In this document: positions 56,801-64,000 of the stretch, piece by piece | How positions within the stretch are numbered: the stretch's first letter is position 1 | How the letters are laid out: every line of letters starts with the position of its first letter | DNA from: Eledone cirrhosa | Lineage: Eukaryota | Direction of reading: 5' to 3' | DNA length: 64,000 bases | NCBI GenBank assembly: GCA_964016885.1 | Contig: OZ024744.1 | Location: 16,802,001-16,866,000 of the forward strand | Notes under the pieces: model-generated | What the model was told of the DNA's origin: nothing | Database searches by the model: none | The model's input: the letters and a program-made list of their open reading frames with translations, nothing else | Translations under genes and position numbers: made by a program

Positions 56801-59800
56801 AGTCTTGTATACAGTGACTACATTGGTAGATGTACTCCTCTAGTACTACTGTGGTTGTACAGTCCTGTATAGAATGACTACATTGGTAGATGTTCTCCTG
56901 TAGTACTACTGTAGCTGTACAGTTCTGTATATAGTGACTACATTGGTAGATGTTCTCCTCTAGTACTACTGTGGCTGTACAGTCTTATATACAGTGACTA
57001 CATTGGTAGATCTTCTCCTCTAATACTACTGTAGCTGATCAGTCATGTATACAGTGCCTATATTGGTAGATGTTCTCCTCTAGTACTACTGTAGATGTAC
57101 AGTCCTGTATAGAGTGACTACATTGGGAGATGCTCTCCTTTAGCACTACTGTAGCTGTACAGTCCTGTATACAGTGACTACATTGGTAGATGCTCTCCTC
57201 TAGTACTACTGTAGCTGTACAGTCATGTATAGAGTGACTACATTGGTAGATGCACTCCTCTAGTACTACTGTAGCTGTACAGTCCTGTATACAGTGACTA
57301 TATTGGTAGATGCTCTACTTTAGTACTACTGTAGCTGTACAGTCCTGTACACAGTGACTACATTGGTAGATGTTCTCCTCTAGTACTACTGCAGCTGTAC
57401 ATTCCTGTATACAGTGACTACATTGGTAGATGATCCCCTCTAGTACTACTGTATCTCTACAGTCCTGTATACAGTGACTACATTGGTAGATACACTCCTC
57501 TAGTACAACAGTGGCTGTACAATCCTGTACACAGTGACTACATTGGTAGATGCTCTCCTTTAGTACTACTGTAGCTGTACAGTCCTGTATACAGCAACTA
57601 CATTGGTAGATGCTCTCCTCTAGTACTACTGTAGCTGTACAGTCCTGTATACAGTGACTACATTGGTAGATGCTCTCCTCTAGTACTACTGTAGCTGTAC
57701 AGCCCTGTATATAGTGATTACATTGGTAGATGTTCTCCTCTAGTACTACTGTAGCTGTTAAAGTCATGTATACAGTGACTACATTGGTGGATGTTCCCCT
57801 CTAGTACTGCTGTAGCTGTACAGTCATGTATACAGTGGCTACATTGGTAGATGTTCTCCTCTAGTACTACTGCAGCTGTACAGTCATGTATGCAGTGACT
57901 ATATTGGCTCTAGACCTACTATAACTATACAGTCCTGTATACAGTGACTACTTTGGTAGATGTTCTCCTCTAGTACTACTATAGCTATACTGTCATGTAT
58001 ACAGTGACTACATTGGTAGATACACTCCTCTAGTACAACAGTGGCTGTACAGTCCTGTACACAGTGTCTACATTGGTAGATGTTCCCCTCTAGTACTACT
58101 GCAGCACTACAGTCCTGTATACAGTGACTACATTGGTAAGTTTCTCCTCTAGTACTACTGTAGCTGTCAGTCATGTTTACAGTGACTACATTGGTAGATG
58201 TTCTCCTCTAGTACTACTATAGCTATACTGTCATGTATACAGTGACTACATTGGTAGATGCTCTCCTCTAGTACTATTGTAGCTGTACATTCCGGTATAC
58301 AGTGAGTACATTGGTAGATGTTCTCCTCTAGTACTACTGTAGCTGTACAGTCCTGTATAGAGTCACTACATTGGTAGAAGTTCTCCTTTAGTACTACTGT
58401 ATCTCTACAGTCCTGTATACAGTGACTACATTGGTAGATGCTCTCCTCTAGTACTACTGTAGTTGTACAGTCGTGTATACAGTGACTACATTTGTAGATG
58501 CTCTCCTCTAGTACTACTGTAGTTATACAGTCCTGTATACAGTGACTACATTGGTAGATACACTCCACCAGTACTACTGTAGCTGTACATTCCTGTATAT
58601 AGTGAATACATTGGTAAATGATTCCCCTCTAGTACTAATGTAGATGTACAGTCCTGTATATAGTGACTACATTGGTAGATGTTCTCCTCTAGTACTACTG
58701 TAGCTGTACAGTCCTGTATACAGTGACTACATTGGTAGATGTTCTCCTCTAGTACTACTGCAGCTGTACAGTCCTGTATACAGTAACTACATTGGTAGAT
58801 GTTCTCCTCTAGTACTACTGTATCTCTACATTCCTGTTTACATTGACTACACTGGTAGATATTCTGCTGTAGTTCTACTGTAGCTATACAGTCCTGTATA
58901 GAATGACTACATTGGTAGATGTTCTCCTTTAGTACTACTGTATCTCTACAGTCCTGTATACAGTAACTACATTGGTAGATGCTCTTCTCTAATACTAGTG
59001 TAGCTGTATAGTCCTGTATACAGTGACTACATTGGTAGATGTTGTCCTCTAGTACTACTGTAGCTGTACAGTCCTGTATACAGTGACTACATTGGTAGAT
59101 GTTCCCCTCTAGTACTACTGTATCTGTACAGTCCTGTATACAGTGACTACATTGGTAGATGTTCTCCTCTAGTACTACTGTAGCTGTACAGTCCTGTATT
59201 CAGTGACTACATTGGTAGATGTTCTCCTCTAGTACTACTGTAGCTGTTGAGTCCTGTATACAGTGACTACATTGATAGATGCTCTCCTCTAGTACTACTG
59301 TAGCAGTAGAGTCCTGGATATAGTGACTACATTGGTAGATATTCTGCTGTAGTACTACTGTAACTGTACAGTCCTGTATACAGTGACTACATTGGTAGAT
59401 GTTCTCCTCTAGTACAACAGTGGCTGTAGACTCCTGTATACAGTGACTACATTGGTAGATGTTCTCCTCTAGGACTACTGTAGCTGTATAGTCCTGTATA
59501 CAGTGACTACATTGGTAGATATTCCCCTCTAGAACTACTGTACCTCTACAGTCCTGTATACAGTGACTACATTGGTATATGTTCTCCTTTAGTACTACTG
59601 CAGCTGTACAGTCCTGTATACAGTGACTACATTGGTAGATGTCCTCCTCCAGTACTACTGCAACTGTACGGTCCTTTATACAGTGACTACATTGGTAGAT
59701 GTTCCCCTCTGGTACTACTGTAGCTGTACAGCCCTGTATACTGTGACAACATTAGTAGAGGTTCTTCTCTAGTACTACTGTAGGTGTTCAGTTCTGTATA

Positions 59801-62800
59801 GAGTGACTATAATGGTAGATTCTCTCCTCTAGTACTACTATAGCTGTACAGTCATGTATAGAGTGACTACATTGGCAGCAGTTCTCCTTTAGTACTACTG
59901 TATCTCTACAGTCCTGTATACAGTGACTACATTGGTAGATGCTCTATTCTACTACTACTGTAGTTGTACAGTCGTGTATACAGTGACTACATTTGTAGAT
60001 GCTCTCCTCTAGTACTACTGTAGTTATACAATCCTGTATACAGTGACTACATTGGTAGATACACTCCACCAGTACTACTGTAGCTGTACATTCCTGTATA
60101 CAGTGAATACATTGGTAGATGATTCCCCTCTAGTACTAATGTAGATGTACAGTCCTGTATATAGTGACTACATTGGTAGATGTTCTCCTCTAGTACTACT
60201 GTAACTGTACAGTCCTGTATACAGTGACTACATTGGTAGATGTTCTCCTCTAGTACAACAGTGGCTGTAGAGTCCTGTATACAGTGACTACATTGGTAGA
60301 TGTTCTCCTCTAGGTCTACTGTAGCTGTATAGTCGTGTATACAGTGATCACATTGGTAGATGTTCCCCTCTAGAACTACTGTATCTCTACAGTCCTGTAT
60401 ACAGTGACTACGTTGGTAGATGATCTCCTCTAGAACTACTGTAGATGTACAGTCCTGGATATAGTGACTACATTGGTAGATGCTCTACATTAGTACTACT
60501 GTAGCTATACAGTCCTGTATAGCGTGACTACATTGGTAGATGTCCTCCTTTAGTACTACTGTATATCTACAGACCTGTATACAATGACTACATTGGTAGA
60601 TGCTCTCCTCTAATACTACTGTAGCTGTATAGTCCTGTATACAGTGACTACATTGGTAGATGTTCTCCTCTAGTACTACTGTAGCTGTACAGTCCTGTAT
60701 ACAGTGAAACAGTGGTAGATGCTCTCCTCTATTACTACTGTATCTCTACAGTCCTGTATACAGTGACTACATTGGTAGATGTTCTCCTCTAGTACTACTG
60801 TAGCTGTATAGTCCTGTATACAGTGACTACATTGGTAGACGTTCTCCTCTTGTACAACTTTCGCTATAAAGTCTTGTATACAGTGACTACATTGGTAGAT
60901 GTTCCCCTCTAGTACTACAGTGGTTGTACAACCCTGTATAGAGTGACTAAATTGGTAGATGTTCTCCTGTAGTACTACTGTAGCTGTACAGTCCTGTATA
61001 TAGTAACTACATTGGTTGATGTTCTCCACTAGTACTACTGTGGCTGTACAGTCTTATATACTGTGACTACATTGGTAGATGTCCTCTAGTACTACTGTAG
61101 CTGATCAGTCATGTATACAGTGACTATATTGGTAGATGTTCTTCTTTAGTACTATTGTAGCTGTACAGTCCAGTACAGAGTGACTACATTGGTAGATGCT
61201 CTCCTCTAGTACTATTGTAGCTGTACAGTCCTGTATACAGTGACTATATTGGTAGATGCTCTCCTCTAGTACTACTGCAGCTCTACAGTCCTGTATAGAG
61301 TGAATACATTGGTAATGTTCTCCTCTTGTACTACTGTAGCTGTACAGTGAAGTATACAGTGACTACATTGGAAGATGCTCTCCTCTAGTACTACTGTAGC
61401 TGTACATTCCTGTATATAGTGACTACGTTGGTAGATGCTCTCCTCTAGTACTACTGTAGCTGTACAGTCTTCTATACAGCAACTACATTGGTAGATGTTC
61501 TCCTTTAGTACTACTGTATCTCTACAGTCCTGTATACAGTGACTACATTGGTAGATGCTCTCCTCTAACACTACTGTAGCTGTATAGTCCTGTATACAGT
61601 GACTACATTGGTAGATGCTCTCCTCTAGTACTACTATAGCTGTACAGTCCTGTATATAGTGACTACATTGGTAGATGTTCTCCTCTAGTACTACTGCAGC
61701 TGTACAGTCCTGTATGCAGTGACTACATTGGTAGAAGTTCTCCTCTAGTACTACAGTAAATATACAGTCCTGTATACAGTGACTACATTGGGAGATTTTC
61801 TCCTCTAGTACTATTATAGCTATACTGTCATGTATACAGTGACTACATTGGTAGATGCTCTCCTCTAGTACTATTGTAGCTGTACATTCCTGTATACAGT
61901 GAGTACATTGGTAGATGCTCTCCTCTAGTACTACTGTTGCAGTACAGTCCTGTATAGAGTGACTACATTGGTAGATGTTCCCCTCTAGTACTACTGTAAC
62001 TCTACAGTCCTGTATACAGTGACTACATTGGTAGATGTTCTCTGGTACTACAGTAGCTGTACAGTCCTGTATACAGTGACTACATTGGTAGATGTTCCCC
62101 TCTAGTACTAATGTAGCTGTACAGTCCTGTATATAGTGACTACATTGGTAGATATTCTCCTCTAGTACTACTGTAGCTTTACACTCTTGTATAAAGTGAC
62201 TACATTGGTAGATGTTCTCTGGTACTACAGTAGCTGTACAGTCCTGTATACAGTGACTACATTGGTACATGTTCCCCTCTAGAACTACTGTATCTCTACA
62301 GTCCGGTATACAGTGAAAACATTGGTAGATGTTCTCCTCTAGTACTACTGCAGCTGTACATTCCTGTATACAGTGACTACATTGGTAGATGTTCTCCTCT
62401 AGTACTACTGTAGCTGATTGTATCTTGTATACAGTGACTACATTGGTAGATGTACTCCTCTCGTACTACTGTAGCTGTACAGTCCTGTATACAGTGACTA
62501 CATTGGTAGATGCTCTCCTCTAGTACTACTGTAGATTTACAGTCCTGTATACAGTGACTACATTGTTAGATGTTCTCCTCTAGTACTACTGTAACCGTAC
62601 AGTCCTGTATACAGTGACTACATTGGTAGATGTTCTCCTCTAGTACAACAGTGGCTGTACAGTCCTGTATACAGTGACTACATTGGTAGATGTTCTCCTC
62701 TCGTACAACAGTGGCTGTACAGTCCTGTGTACAGTGACTACATTGGTAGATGTTCTCCTATAGTACTACTGTAGCTGTACAGTCCTGGATATAGTGACTA

Positions 62801-63422
62801 CATTGGTAGATGCTCTACTTTAGTACTACTGTAGCTGTACAGTCCTGTATACAGTAACTACATTGGTAGATGTTCTCCTCTAGCACTACTGTAGCTGTAC
62901 AGTCCTGTATAGAGTGACTATATTGGTAGATGTTCTTTAGTACTACAGTAGCTGTACAGTCCTGTATACAGTGACTACATTGGTAGATGTTCCCCTCTAG
63001 TACTAATGTAGCTGTACAGTCCTGTATATAGTGACTACATTGGTAGATGTTCTCCTCTAGTACTACTGTAGCTGTATAGTCCTGTATACAGTGACTACAT
63101 TGGTAGACGTACTCCTCTTGTACAACTTTCGCTATAAAGTCTTGTATACAGTGACTACATTGGTAGATGTTCCCCTCTAGTACTACAGTGGTTGTACAAT
63201 CCTGTATAGAGTGACTACATTGGTAGATGTTCTCCTGTAGTACTACTGTAGCTGTACAGTCCTGTATATAGTAACTACATTGGTTGATGTTCTCCACTAG
63301 TACTACTGTGGCTGTACAGTCTTATATACTGTGACTACATTGGTAGATGTTCTCTAGTACTACTGTAGCTGATCAGTCATGTATACAGTGACTAAATTGG
63401 TAGATGTTCTTCTTTAGTACTA
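41851..63422. repeat. 60-bp tandem satellite, ~21.5 kb, roughly 360 monomers
   Basis: Consensus CAGTGACTACATTGGTAGATGTTCTCCTCTAGTACTACTGTAGCTGTACAGTCCTGTATA; head-to-tail, with point variants and small indels. Confidence 0.97.
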
Positions 63423-64000
63423 AAGGAATGTGATGTTTCTCTTTGTCGAATAAATAAATGCACAATCAAGTCTAACAATCATTTTATTTAATGCAATAAT
63501 TTAGTAAATTTCCTACAACGTCAATATTTTGAGGAGCGGGTCTTTCCACGTCTGTTCATGTCCGTGTTCCAAAAAGAGTGTGTGAACCTGTGGCTGTGTC
63601 CGGGTGTATTTTTGCCTCCCTTCCCTGAAGGGTTGTTAAGGGGAGGCAACTGCTAGCTACCAAGCGACCATCTCAGCCACTACATTCACCTCGGAGCAGA
63701 TTTTTTGTCGCAAAATCGTTAACAATGAAGCGAAGGTAGTTTACAAAATGTAGAAGAATGTATCAACACAAAAAAAACGTACAGTAAAAGATGCAAAATG
63801 CATGAAAAGATAACACTCTTCGCAATAAAGGGGCCCCAGATGCGATAAACAAGGAAAAAAAATGTTTTGCTAGGCAATGAAAATGCCATATGTAGCATAG
63901 TTATAAAAATGCACCAAAAAAAAAGGGACTGTGTCAGAATTGACAACAGTCGTAATGTTACGCAAAATATAATATATTGACACTGCCGTAGGCAGTCAAG

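Noticed and set aside
41851-63422. CRISPR array
   Set aside because: Whole 60-bp unit is repeated with no unique spacers; eukaryotic context and no cas genes.
41851-63422. A single giant protein-coding zinc-finger exon
   Set aside because: Frame is broken repeatedly by non-triplet indels and the His pair is missing; kept only as an origin hypothesis.

Overview
Repeat-dense animal genomic DNA with no recognisable host gene. It is probably octopus/cephalopod, inferred from the microsatellite load and a recalled octopus-type SINE fragment (unverified). 1-11.5 kb holds RTE-clade LINE remains: a fragment, a near full-length decayed copy with three C-terminal C2H2 fingers, and two bipartite non-autonomous derivatives. 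It also holds Penelope-type terminal-repeat pieces with hammerhead ribozyme folds, a non-autonomous Helitron and (TA)/(TATG) microsatellites. 11.5-35.95 kb is a head-to-tail array of six Tx1/L1-group LINE copies from several subfamilies, each bounded by (ATCT)n tracts and ending AATAAAGAAA with no poly(A), which suggests a (GATA)n/(ATCT)n-microsatellite-targeting retrotransposon family; conserved splice-site-like signals sit at the ORF1/ORF2 junction. 36.5-41.3 kb is a nest of a 5'-truncated Penelope element, a decayed hAT-like transposase and a Helitron inserted into it. 41.85-63.4 kb is a ~21.5 kb array of a palindrome-rich 60-bp satellite with higher-order duplications and one stop-free Cys-x2-Cys reading frame. 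All calls were made by eye; coordinates of element ends are approximate unless stated.
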